The notes under the pieces were generated by a model that saw only the letters and a program-made list of their open reading frames with translations, did no database searches and had not been told where the DNA came from. The translations under genes and the position numbers were made by a program. Positions 29,901-38,288 of a DNA stretch of 64,000 nucleotides are shown piece after piece; positions within the stretch are counted from its first letter, which is position 1; each line of letters begins with the position of its first letter. Source of the stretch: Candidatus Kaiserbacteria bacterium (GTDB taxonomy: Bacteria > Patescibacteriota > Minisyncoccia > Phycocordibacterales > UBA2100); the NCBI GenBank assembly GCA_023267655.1, contig JAHFMV010000002.1, positions 7,228-71,227 on the forward strand, written 5' to 3'.

Positions 29901-31548
29901 TACGGACAACAACTACGACGTGTCGTTTACTGATGGCACACTCTCGATTTCGAGCAATCCTGACAACGTGACACCGACAGCCGCTGATCAAAGCGTAACG
30001 GTCAATCAGAATTCGACAAACAACTCGATCACCCTCGGTGCAACCGATCCGGAAGCAGCACCACTCACATGGACGGTGGGCTCGCCCTCGCACGGATCGC
30101 TCGTAGGTGACGCACCAAATCTCTCGTACACGCCGACTGCAGGTTACTTCGGCGCGGATTCATTTACCTTTTCGGCGAATGACGGCAACAGCGATAGCAA
30201 CACCGCAAGCGTATCCATCACCGTAAATCTTCTCGCGACATGTGAGGCGGGTACGCTTGTCGAAGGACAGTGTGTACACGCGCCAGTTTCGGCGTGCCCC
30301 GCTGGATTCGCGTACGACAGCGAAAGCCATATGTGCAAACCACAAACACAAGCACCATCATGCACAGAAGGCACTCTCAATCTCGCGACGGGACAGTGTG
30401 AATTTGCCGAAACTCCGGTCGGTGACCCGTCGTGCCCTGACGGTGGTGTCTACGTTGCAGACGCCAATAAGTGCATGATCATTAATCCTCCGCCGACAGA
30501 TACGCCGGTTGTTTTCTACACACCAACGTGCGACGCCGGAACCTTAAATACGGTTACGGATACATGTGAGACAGTTCCACCCCCAGTTTCTGCATGTCCC
30601 GCAAATTTCACCTACAACTCTGATTCGCAAAAATGCGTCTCGACAGCATCTGATGTCGCGCCAAGCTGCGAGGCAGGGACTCTCGACGGCGGGGAGTGCA
30701 CGCCAAATCCGACGTCGCCAACGTGCCCTGCCGGATATGCGGTGAGCGGAAATATCTGTCTCCCGGTCACCACGTTCTCGCTCAATGTAACGGCATCAGG
30801 ACCGGGGACGGTGTCGTGTGATCCGGGTGCCTGTGTTTCGACGCCGGCGACAGGAACTCTCGTTACGATTACTGCACATCCTGCAACGAATGCATCGCTC
30901 AGCGCGTGGTCCCATGACGGTTGTACCGGCAACACCTGCGCGGTCACGGTAAATGCGGATACTTCTGTCACCGCAACATTCGCATGCAATAGCGGCTTCC
31001 ATCTTGATTCAAACACCTGCGTTGCAGATTCGACAGGAGGTGGTGGCGGATCTTCAGGCGGAGGTTCTTCTGGTGGTGGCGGCTCGAGCGGTGGTGGGGG
31101 TGGAGGCGGTGGTAACTCCGGCGGTGGAGGTGGTGGCGGAGGTTCAGGTGGCACAAACGGCGGCACTACGCCTCCACAAGGCCAAGTCCTCGGTGCATCA
31201 ACTGGCGGTAGTGGCGCGGGATGCTATCTCTTTACGCGCAATCTCTCGATCGGCATGACCGGCGCGGATGTCAAAGAATTGCAGAAAATCCTGATCGGCA
31301 AAGGCTTTCTCAAAGTCGCAGCGCCGACGACATACTTTGGCCAGGCAACGAAGGCAGCCGTCAAAGCATTCCAAAAAGCAAACGGTCTCGCCCAAATCGG
31401 CATCGTCGGTCCGCAGACACGCGCGCTCCTCAATTCCTGCGGCACGTCACCACAAAGCGACAAGGACGCAAAAATCAAGGCGCTCCAAGATCAACTCGCA
31501 GCGCTTCTCGAACAAATCAAGAAACTTCTCGCCGCGCAGGGACATTAA
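26953..31548 (+). CDS. Giant secreted multidomain surface / adhesin-like protein; the likely start is the Met at 27106.
   Basis: The protein has a signal peptide. Repeated Ig-like/MBG-type modules contain YSYDVTYNGS...APTNAG. Other modules are HYR-like and cadherin-like. Five cysteine-rich CEAGTL...C repeats follow. A poly-Gly/Ser linker leads to a C-terminal peptidoglycan-binding-like domain and a coiled coil. Confidence 0.8.
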   Translation: MLLHGWWIRGIDVGVPGFLSKILAPVARIFCFRSFRAWSLLEHYSVHSANHMHNVSRVLSGTLNKSRVILITFSLFAMLSLGIPAGTVFASLSGVTISGQSPNPVTQASTATFTANVTNSSGSTGRAVSITAATSLPTGAALASSQCIVVPGDGVAHAVTFTVSTTGSTPVGSDTFTVTATRWNNTTANCSGGVSDTETSPNGTIVVSSAKVNSTTSITSDTPDPSTIDQAYAVGVSVTRASGSNTPSGTVTVSDGTDSCVDSTASGSGATVTYSCNLTSTTSGAKTLTATYAGDSNFNGSNGTTAHTVLANQTITVNTHAPASATYGNTFAVAATASSGLTVAITTTGGCSIAGGTVTMTSGTSNCVVHYNQSGNASYNAAAEVTETATAAKRAITATADNKSKTYGAADPALTYQLTSGTLVGADTLSGSIARVAGENVGSYAINQGTLAASSNYTLSFVAGTFSIGKANATVNVNGFSGTYDGAQHGASGTATGVNAENLSANLSLGSTYTDVPGGTAHWTFTGGTNYNDASGDVAIDITAASANISLSDLTHTYNGTAQSAVVTANYSYDVTYNGSATAPTNAGGYPVVATINDGNHTGTASDTLSISKAPLTVTVPSQTIPFGTAPAAFIATIDGYVNGESADVLDTGPTCAIDGEHAAVGTYEIVCADGADNNYDFNYTSGTLTITDSAPIIGEHGNVTAEATSGGGAVVSYDLPSVTDDIDILTAVCLPASGSTFAIGDTTVTCSAGPDTGGNDAAPTSFTVTVKDTTNPTITVTGTDSDAAYGSDYTDLGATASDTVSGDLTNSIVTTGLPVDTTVLGAHTVSYDVADAAGNSAHASRTVTVVPASGEISLSDLDYAYDGTAKSATVISAYSYDVTYDGSNTAPTNAGSYDVVATITDPNHTGSASGTLVIHKVPLAVTAQSQSIAFGGSPSEFAANFDGYVNGEDASVLDAPILCDVSGAHTAIGSYPISCSGGTDNNYDVSFTDGTLSISSNPDNVTPTAADQSVTVNQNSTNNSITLGATDPEAAPLTWTVGSPSHGSLVGDAPNLSYTPTAGYFGADSFTFSANDGNSDSNTASVSITVNLLATCEAGTLVEGQCVHAPVSACPAGFAYDSESHMCKPQTQAPSCTEGTLNLATGQCEFAETPVGDPSCPDGGVYVADANKCMIINPPPTDTPVVFYTPTCDAGTLNTVTDTCETVPPPVSACPANFTYNSDSQKCVSTASDVAPSCEAGTLDGGECTPNPTSPTCPAGYAVSGNICLPVTTFSLNVTASGPGTVSCDPGACVSTPATGTLVTITAHPATNASLSAWSHDGCTGNTCAVTVNADTSVTATFACNSGFHLDSNTCVADSTGGGGGSSGGGSSGGGGSSGGGGGGGGNSGGGGGGGGSGGTNGGTTPPQGQVLGASTGGSGAGCYLFTRNLSIGMTGADVKELQKILIGKGFLKVAAPTTYFGQATKAAVKAFQKANGLAQIGIVGPQTRALLNSCGTSPQSDKDAKIKALQDQLAALLEQIKKLLAAQGH

Positions 31549-31567
31549 TTTTTCTCGCGAGTTACAC

Positions 31568-31605
31568 AGCACGAAAAATTCGCCTTGAGGCGGATTTTTC
31601 GTGCT
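31568..31605. terminator. Bidirectional terminator between convergent genes.
   Basis: 17-bp stem AGCACGAAAAATTCGCC-TTGA-GGCGGATTTTTCGTGCT. Confidence 0.55.
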
Positions 31606-32282
31606 TATGCTCTCCTTTTCAAAACACTTTTCGCCACCACAATTCCTGCCGTGGTGCCGATGATGGCGCCAGCGATAAAATCGGAAAACCAATGGATGGT
31701 GACCGAGACGCCGATGCCGATGTAGAGCGCGTAAATACATGCGGCAATGATGAGCGCGCGTCGCTTTGGAAACAGTGTTGCGAGTACTGCGGCGCCGGCA
31801 AAGGCGACGGTGGTGTGCGATGACGGCCAGCCCCAGAAAACGCCCTTCTCTAAAAGTCCGAAATGAAATTCCCTGCTGATATCGGTAAACGGACCGTTGT
31901 TGAAAAGCACCGGATGCGCACGACCGCTCACCGCTTTGTAAATAAAACTCACCAGCACGCCGACAATTTCCGCTTGTGCGAGCGCAAAAGCCGCCCTTCT
32001 CCAATCCGGATGCCGATGCAGATACCCCATCACGTACAAACCAACCGGCACCAAAACCGGCACAAGAAAACCAAAAAGTGCCGCGGGAAATAAAAATGCG
32101 ATCAAAGCGGAAGACCGTGTCGCCTCGAAATAATGCCAGTCAAATCCGGAAACAACGAGCACGTAGGTGAGAAGAATCGCCGCCGCCTGCGCAAAAAAAG
32201 CATACCCCAAAAAGCAATCGGCGATGTTGCGCAGAATACTCAAGAACATTTTCCCTATCATCCGCAAACTATAACAGATCAA
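31605..32282 (-). CDS. PAP2-family phosphatase (membrane).
   Basis: Motifs KAVSGRAHP, PSSHT and TIHWFSD, corresponding to the three PAP2 signature motifs. Confidence 0.6.
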   Translation of the reverse strand: MICYSLRMIGKMFLSILRNIADCFLGYAFFAQAAAILLTYVLVVSGFDWHYFEATRSSALIAFLFPAALFGFLVPVLVPVGLYVMGYLHRHPDWRRAAFALAQAEIVGVLVSFIYKAVSGRAHPVLFNNGPFTDISREFHFGLLEKGVFWGWPSSHTTVAFAGAAVLATLFPKRRALIIAACIYALYIGIGVSVTIHWFSDFIAGAIIGTTAGIVVAKSVLKRRA

Positions 32283-32350
32283 GGCTATCTGATTGCAATC
32301 GCTCTATTTCGCGCTAGAATGGCGCCAGCCTTCAATTTTTGAAGGTATAT

Positions 32351-32658
32351 TCCGCGGTGGCGCAACGGTAGCGCAGCTCGCTGTCGAAGGCAGCTTCTTA
32401 GAGGAATCTAAGAATGCAAACGAGGAGAATTGCTGGAAGCCCGAACTTGAAATAGTGGGTAATCAGCAGCCGAGCTCACGAAAGTGAGAAGGTTCAGAGA
32501 CTATCCGAAAGGAGTAGTCCCATGAGATAGGCACAGCCGCCATCTCACGGGACGAAGCACCTCGCACCCAGAACGGGTGATGATATAGTCCACCCCCTTT
32601 GGAAACATTGGGACAAAGTGTAACGAGTTGGTTGTAGGTTCGAATCCTACCCGCGGAG
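32351..32658 (+). tRNA. tRNA-Asn (anticodon GUU) interrupted by a group I intron in the anticodon loop.
   Basis: 5' exon 32351-32384: TCCGCGG acceptor, D-arm GCGC-AACGGTA-GCGC, anticodon stem GCTCG, loop CTGT. 3' exon 32621-32658: TAA, CGAGT, variable TGGTT, T-arm GTAGG-TTCGAAT-CCTAC, acceptor CCGCGGA, discriminator G. The spliced anticodon loop is CTGTTAA. Confidence 0.7.
32385..32620 (+). ncRNA. Group I self-splicing intron within tRNA-Asn.
   Basis: P-like AATTGCTGGAA, Q-like AATCAGCAGCC, R-like GGTTCAGAGACTA and S-like GATATAGTCC elements are present. The IGS GCAGC sits 6 nt into the intron and can pair with the exon end GCUGU. The intron ends in G. Confidence 0.7.
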
Positions 32659-34245
32659 CTCGGTTGGATGATGTGCGAATGCAAGTACCGTGTCAAACGG
32701 TTTTCGCAGCGTAAACTCTAGCGTTTTTTCGTTTACGGTCGGGTTCTGAAGTAAATACCCCAAAATTGTCCTTTTCTCATCAGGTTCAGAACTTTCGAAG
32801 ATTTCACCCATGCGGCGGGACAAGTCGAGGACAGTGCCAACGTGGGTGTGATACTGATGATCCGCCTTTGTGTATGCTTCTAATTCCGCGTTCAAACGGT
32901 ACTGTTCTTCCTTCAATTCCTGCAACTTATTGTCGTAGTCTTCCTGTGTAATACCCATGTCGAGACGCATATCAAGCAGTGCGTTGACCTTGCGCTGCGC
33001 TCTATCGTATTCGCCACGAATGCGTGCTATTTGCCGCTCATGGTACACAGCTTCGTGCTCATTGAGCTCACGAAGTTCTGCCACCAGCCTTTCCTGCACC
33101 TCATGCGGAATCATCTTGAAAGCATCAAATACGGCGTGTACTGGTTCCAAAAGCTTTTTCTCTGGGACATAGTCTCGCTTGCATATCCCTTTCGCATTTG
33201 TACAGGAATAATAAATGAATTTACCTTTCTTTATTTCGGGACTCAGCATGCAACCGCAGTTGTTGCAGCGCAAAAGACCTTTCAACACATATGGCTTTGA
33301 AAGAAGCTTTGAGCGACGGGTGCTTCTACCGCGAAGCACGTCCCGACATTCTTGGAACAAATCAGGTGTAATGAGCTTCGGGTACTTGTGAGGATATTCG
33401 CCATATTTTTTTGATACCGCCATGCCGCACAAAAACGTGTCTTTAAGCATCAGCTCTATATTGCTTCGTGATAACTTTTGCCCCTTAAGACCGCGTAAAC
33501 CCATGCGATCAGCCTCTTTCCACAACGTTGTTATGGAATAGCCACCTGTAGCGTACATTTCAAACAATTTACGTATGATAGGAGCGCGTACCTCATCGAG
33601 AATAATATCGGTTTCGATTACCTCGCCCTTCTCGTTTCGCCGCTGCTTTCGGACGTAGCCGATGCGGGGGTTTCCTGTCCACTCACCAACTCGCCGCTTC
33701 TGCTCGAATGCTCGTTTTACATTATCGCTGATCGCGTTCGAATAATACTCAGCAAGGTTCAGACTGATGCCGAATTGGAATTTACTATTTGCGGTTCCAT
33801 CGCCGTTTATAACTTGATTGTCCGAGGCGAAATGTAATTCGATTTTCCCACTTCTCGCCAATTCGCACAGTAACGCCACCCGTTTATCGAAGACGTTGCG
33901 TGAAAAACGATCTACCTTATCGAAGCACACAGCGACCTTTTCGAACTTCGCCCTTGCCTGTATATACAGCAAAGCTTCGTCGAACACGTCTCTCTTTTCC
34001 TTGTACGCACTTTCGTCAAAACTAAACACTTTCTCGACCTCAAACCCCTTACGTCGACAGTGATTTTTCATTCGCTCGATCTGTGCCGGCAAAGAATTAC
34101 CTGCTTCCTGCTGCTCTGCCGTGGACACTCTGGCGATATTGATTGATTTCATTGTGTTTTCTTTAATTTTACCCCATATCCGCGACGCGAAGTCACGTAA
34201 AATGGCTGATAACTTTTCAAGGATGCTGTCATTTTTTTGAACCAC
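32647..34245 (-). CDS. Large serine recombinase (integrase); the likely start is MKSINIARVST, near 34152.
   Basis: An N-terminal resolvase domain with catalytic Ser (ARVST) and DRFSRN, followed by a recombinase domain, a zinc ribbon (CNNCGC...CTNAKGIC) and a coiled coil. The last codons and stop overlap the tRNA-Asn 3' end. Confidence 0.85.
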   Translation of the reverse strand: MVQKNDSILEKLSAILRDFASRIWGKIKENTMKSINIARVSTAEQQEAGNSLPAQIERMKNHCRRKGFEVEKVFSFDESAYKEKRDVFDEALLYIQARAKFEKVAVCFDKVDRFSRNVFDKRVALLCELARSGKIELHFASDNQVINGDGTANSKFQFGISLNLAEYYSNAISDNVKRAFEQKRRVGEWTGNPRIGYVRKQRRNEKGEVIETDIILDEVRAPIIRKLFEMYATGGYSITTLWKEADRMGLRGLKGQKLSRSNIELMLKDTFLCGMAVSKKYGEYPHKYPKLITPDLFQECRDVLRGRSTRRSKLLSKPYVLKGLLRCNNCGCMLSPEIKKGKFIYYSCTNAKGICKRDYVPEKKLLEPVHAVFDAFKMIPHEVQERLVAELRELNEHEAVYHERQIARIRGEYDRAQRKVNALLDMRLDMGITQEDYDNKLQELKEEQYRLNAELEAYTKADHQYHTHVGTVLDLSRRMGEIFESSEPDEKRTILGYLLQNPTVNEKTLEFTLRKPFDTVLAFAHHPTELRG

Positions 34246-35291
34246 TCATCTGCTCTCATGCCTCTTAAGCGCGGCGCTGTCGTATTGAATTTACGTGCAA
34301 AGCGAGACCACGTTCGCGCGTTCACGAAGGCATCAAGCACGATGCGGAGCTCACGCATACCACCGCAATTACGCGCAAGCATGATGAGACCAACGAGCTC
34401 TATAGCTTCTGCCGCTTTTGCTGGATGCGTCGCCAGTACTTTATACAGCACGTGCTTTGCAGATCTTTTAGGTCCGAATATGACGCCGCGCCAGTTTAAT
34501 GTCGCCGCATCCCAGTAATCGCGAAGGATCGTTTGGCTCTTTTGCGATGAAAAGACATCGGAAAACGCGGGATTCATCCCGAAACCGTGCCGCGCGAATA
34601 CAGCGTTTAACTTTACCCTAGCCGTGAGTTGTACCTCAAAGCGAAGGATATTTTGCCCGCGCAATCTGGCGGCAAGTCTTGTCTGTGCCTGTTGCCACTT
34701 TTTGCCTCTGCCCGTTTTTTTTGATAGTTCAGCCACCTTGTCATAGAACGTGAACGAATGCTGACTCGCCGTCGCCTTGAGACCCTGACCACCATTGCGA
34801 TAGTGCGTGTATGACACATCAACACCTCGGCGGACCATCAGCTTTTCCAGCTCTTTCATGACCCCCGTAATGGGTGCGCGTTTCCCAAGCAAGACATTTT
34901 TGGAATAATCTACCCGCATGATCTTCGCATTTCGAATCTCTTTTGCCGTGAGGTCGATCCCCATCATGCTTAGCCGAGATTGCAGAACCGAAAGAACCAC
35001 GTCGAAATCCGCATCAACCACTTCGTCCACATTATTGCCGTAAAGCAGCTTCGGAACAGAGAACTGGATCTTAATCCTTGATGTCACCCCATGCTTCTTA
35101 CTCATGTTGTTTACCCCTGTAATTTGCGGGAAATAGTGCTCGCTTCCACGCTCTTCCTTGGAGGGATCACGATAAAAGGTCTCATATCCTTTCCCTCGCG
35201 TACCGCCATCCCACATCGGTCTGCCTTTGGTGTCCACATCGCGTGCCGTTAAATTTCCTTGCGACACCGCGAGAATAACAGTGTCGATCAT
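34149..35291 (-). CDS. Putative rolling-circle replication initiator (Rep_trans / phage gene II-like).
   Basis: RVDYSKN and FTFYDKVAE motifs resemble the Rep_trans RxD..D and YDK signatures. It is adjacent to iteron-like repeats. Confidence 0.4.
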   Translation of the reverse strand: MIDTVILAVSQGNLTARDVDTKGRPMWDGGTRGKGYETFYRDPSKEERGSEHYFPQITGVNNMSKKHGVTSRIKIQFSVPKLLYGNNVDEVVDADFDVVLSVLQSRLSMMGIDLTAKEIRNAKIMRVDYSKNVLLGKRAPITGVMKELEKLMVRRGVDVSYTHYRNGGQGLKATASQHSFTFYDKVAELSKKTGRGKKWQQAQTRLAARLRGQNILRFEVQLTARVKLNAVFARHGFGMNPAFSDVFSSQKSQTILRDYWDAATLNWRGVIFGPKRSAKHVLYKVLATHPAKAAEAIELVGLIMLARNCGGMRELRIVLDAFVNARTWSRFARKFNTTAPRLRGMRADEWFKKMTASLKSYQPFYVTSRRGYGVKLKKTQ

Positions 35292-35482
35292 ACGGGCTGT
35301 CGCTCTGTATACAGATGCGAATTAACCCGCCTATCAATTCGGAGAAGCAGATCGTAGAGGCGTACAAGATTTCTCTCGCCGCTAAAATCATCTAATAACG
35401 CAGCAATGGCTGCACTTTTCTCGATTCCGCGCGGCTGCGGATCGCGGGACGCATTGTGCATCCCGATTTCTTTCTCGCTCAT
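35288..35482 (-). CDS. Small hypothetical protein upstream of rep.
   Basis: 64-aa ORF overlapping the rep start by 4 nt. Confidence 0.25.
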   Translation of the reverse strand: MSEKEIGMHNASRDPQPRGIEKSAAIAALLDDFSGERNLVRLYDLLLRIDRRVNSHLYTERQPV

Positions 35483-35600
35483 AGTGAGCTCTGTCGTTTA
35501 CACCCACAGGATCGCGTAAAACGCGCCCTACAGGTTGCGAGATAGGAAGTGGCGGGTCGGACTAGACCCCATCACGCCAAATAATGGCTTTAGACATCAT

Positions 35601-35701
35601 TTGACTACGTTGTGCCGCTTATTCGTACACCACTTCGGTACGAAATACATATTGAAACGCTTTGTTGCGGGATTTTCCCCGCCTTTGTGCCGCTTTATTC
35701 A
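35601..35701. repeat. Iteron-like direct repeats TTGTGCCGCTT(T)ATTC, followed by an AT-rich stretch; candidate origin.
   Basis: Two copies 85 bp apart (35601.. and 35686..), then the AT-rich run caatttatttttatttacttattcc at about 35780. Confidence 0.35.
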
Positions 35702-36015
35702 AACTTATACAGCGTAAACCACTTAACTTACCGAGAAGTATATTCGAGATTAACGAAAAGTCAATACCATTTTGTGTCGCAATTTATTTTTATTTACTTA
35801 TTCCATGCCGCGAGGGCATTTTTTCTCTGAAATCGGAGTGTATGTCCTCGGACTTACTACAAACTCTTGAAATGGCTCAAGAGAGCCGTTTCTATTTTTG
35901 TCGCGACCACGTGCGTGTGTCTCTTTGAATCTTCGCCGCAATTGCCAACATCCATATCGAAACACTGCATACACCCCTCACGACTTGGAAAGGGTTATTA
36001 ATAACTATTTGCACC

Positions 36016-36207
36016 ATGAAAATGTATATTGAGCCGCTGTACCGCCTCGTGTGGGACGAGGCGCAGGGCGCGTACGTCGAGACGGGGGAGCTTCTGGGCT
36101 ACAAAGCTGTGGATTGGCTCGGGCAGATCATCGCATTCGGCGAGAGCCGCGAGGCGGCGTACGAGAATGCGCTGGACGCGGCAGCAGACGTCCTCGGGGG
36201 TGTGTAG
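36016..36207 (+). CDS. HicB-like (UPF0150) small protein.
   Basis: 63 aa. YVETGELLGY...GESREAAYENALDA resembles the HicB_lk antitoxin fold. Confidence 0.4.
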   Translation: MKMYIEPLYRLVWDEAQGAYVETGELLGYKAVDWLGQIIAFGESREAAYENALDAAADVLGGV

Positions 36208-36212
36208 CTGAC

Positions 36213-37352
36213 CTATTCTTTGTGTTCGACGATAAATTTTGCTCGCTGATACAGCTCGTCAAAAGTGAGAATGTCGATGCCATGAATCGACTTGCGAAAT
36301 CGTTGAAAAGTCTCCCGCTTGCTCCGGCTGTCGAGCTGCGAGAGCGAGCCAACCACGATGATTCCTTTCGGCTGAACCGTATAAACGCCTCTACCTTCCA
36401 GCTCGTCTCTGTTGTCCGGCTGCTCTGACCCCGACTTGTCCCACGTCGCCATGTTAGCTTCGATTTGGGACACCGCATCAGTTAACTCTTTCGACAAGCT
36501 CCATGCCCCCGCTCTGATTTCCACGCTACCCTGCAACAGCGGGGTTGCCGGCGTCTTTATTTCAACGAGGACTGTGAAATCTATGTCGCCCGTCGTGGAG
36601 GTAAGGTAATCGCCCTTCTGTCCTCCTTTACCATCCACGCGCGTGCCACCATAATGAGGCTGCGCCTGTTCCTGTTTGAGGATTTGGTAGTTAAGACCAT
36701 AGCCAAAAATCCATTTGTTTTTCTCAAAAAAGCCCTGCCACTCACTCTCCGCGCGGGGAAGCGTTTCGAGCGCTTTTTCAAATCGCTCAAGCACGTCGCG
36801 CCGTTTGAGAAGCTGGTTTATATCCTCATCCGACAACTTTACCTCCGCTGCAGACGAGAGTTTCTTGATGATGCTCACCACGCTCTCCGTATCGCGACCA
36901 CGCAAAGCGGCGACAATCTCCGCTTCGCCCTGCGATATGAGCGAAAAAGCGCCCTGCGGTATCTCTATATCGCGCAAGGATTGCAGGAATGAAATGAGTT
37001 GCCAAAAATTCTCGTGGCATTCCTCCAAACTAACGTTCGCTTTGAGCACGTAAGTGTTTTCCTCGATAGCCCCGCTTTCTTCGAAGATCTTTTGACTTTT
37101 GTCTCGTATGGAGAACGCGAGGCGCGGGGTGAATTTTTCGCCCTTCTTGATGAGGGACACTTTGCAGACGTAGCTCACGCGCGGGCGTTCGTGCAGCACA
37201 AACTGCGTAATCAGCCGTCTTTGCTGGGTGTGGTAGAAGTAGTAAAAGTTATCGACTGCCGGCGCAGAGTTGATCTGGAGGTGGGCAAAGTCATGTTTAC
37301 CAATGACGAAATCCTCGCCATCGCTCCACCCAATAAGCTCGCTGAATTTCAT
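36213..37352 (-). CDS. Shedu-like DUF4263 PD-(D/E)xK nuclease-domain protein.
   Basis: C-terminal GDIDFTVLVEIKTP (D...EIK PD-ExK motif) and GIIVVGS. The size of about 380 aa matches SduA. Confidence 0.5.
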   Translation of the reverse strand: MKFSELIGWSDGEDFVIGKHDFAHLQINSAPAVDNFYYFYHTQQRRLITQFVLHERPRVSYVCKVSLIKKGEKFTPRLAFSIRDKSQKIFEESGAIEENTYVLKANVSLEECHENFWQLISFLQSLRDIEIPQGAFSLISQGEAEIVAALRGRDTESVVSIIKKLSSAAEVKLSDEDINQLLKRRDVLERFEKALETLPRAESEWQGFFEKNKWIFGYGLNYQILKQEQAQPHYGGTRVDGKGGQKGDYLTSTTGDIDFTVLVEIKTPATPLLQGSVEIRAGAWSLSKELTDAVSQIEANMATWDKSGSEQPDNRDELEGRGVYTVQPKGIIVVGSLSQLDSRSKRETFQRFRKSIHGIDILTFDELYQRAKFIVEHKE

Positions 37353-37354
37353 AC

Positions 37355-37885
37355 GTGAGGGCTTTCAACATAGCACTTCCCGCCCTTGCAATAAAGCAAG
37401 GAGACAGAGGGCTCCCGTGCTATATTGTGCGGCATATGAAGACGACGGGCGTCGTGCTGGCAGGCCTATTCTCGATTTTGCTCGTCTTGATTATCCTCAA
37501 ATTGATGGGCTACAGCTTCAATAAAGACTACTTCAGCTTTGATAAGCAGCAGTGCATCGCGAGCGAGGATGAGACCCGCGCAGGCCATTCAGGTATACAG
37601 GGGTGCATATTTTGGATGAGAAACGATTACTTGGAAAAAACGCAGTCGTGGAAAGACGAGTTTGCAAAAGACACAGACTACTGCAATGAAAAATACGGAG
37701 GAGATACCACAAAGGCCGCAAGCTATGCGGGGTTCAAATCACTGAGCGACCCAAGATGCAACTATGGTCCATTTACGAACCAAAAACGGCAAGAAAACTG
37801 GGCATACCTCGTTTCAAAAGAACAAGACGGATTTTACGCATATTGTGTCGAACAAATCTGTCCCGACCAACGCCTTTTCAAATAA
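37355..37885 (+). CDS. Membrane-anchored cysteine-containing hypothetical protein; the likely start is MKTTGVVLAG.
   Basis: An N-terminal TM helix, then a Cys-containing extracytoplasmic domain. Confidence 0.4.
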   Translation: MRAFNIALPALAIKQGDRGLPCYIVRHMKTTGVVLAGLFSILLVLIILKLMGYSFNKDYFSFDKQQCIASEDETRAGHSGIQGCIFWMRNDYLEKTQSWKDEFAKDTDYCNEKYGGDTTKAASYAGFKSLSDPRCNYGPFTNQKRQENWAYLVSKEQDGFYAYCVEQICPDQRLFK

Positions 37886-37943
37886 AGGGAATGCCGCAGT
37901 TGCCACGAATAGCCAGTAAACTGCCGAGTGCTATGATAATGGT

Positions 37944-38288
37944 ATGAAATTAGAAACATTTTTTGGATTGCAGAAAGAAGTACAAGAGTGCGTGGAAAAG
38001 TTTAATTTCAACTGGACTAACTATGTGCAATACATCCACCTTGTTGAAGAGGTAGCGGAATTGGGGGAAGCGCTCACAGTGCATCAGGGAGACAGAAAAG
38101 CTGGTTCTGGTGAAAATGCATTAGCCGACCACCACGACACAAGGGAAGAATTGGGGGATGTTTTATTTAATGTGATACAGATAGCAAATCAGTTAAATCT
38201 CAATCTTGATGAGGTAATGGAGGAAACTTTTGCACGATACGAGGAAAAGTTAAAAAGGCTTAAGAATCAGGCTGAGACGTCCGCATAA
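37944..38288 (+). CDS. MazG-like nucleotide pyrophosphohydrolase.
   Basis: EEVAELGEA and EELGDVLFNV, the all-alpha NTP-PPase motifs. Confidence 0.65.
   Translation: MKLETFFGLQKEVQECVEKFNFNWTNYVQYIHLVEEVAELGEALTVHQGDRKAGSGENALADHHDTREELGDVLFNVIQIANQLNLNLDEVMEETFARYEEKLKRLKNQAETSA

Noticed and set aside
31021-31150. Tandem GGTGGNGGC-type DNA repeats that could be mistaken for a CRISPR or VNTR array.
   Set aside because: The repeats lie in frame within the giant surface protein and encode its poly-Gly/Ser linker. There are no spacers of regular size.
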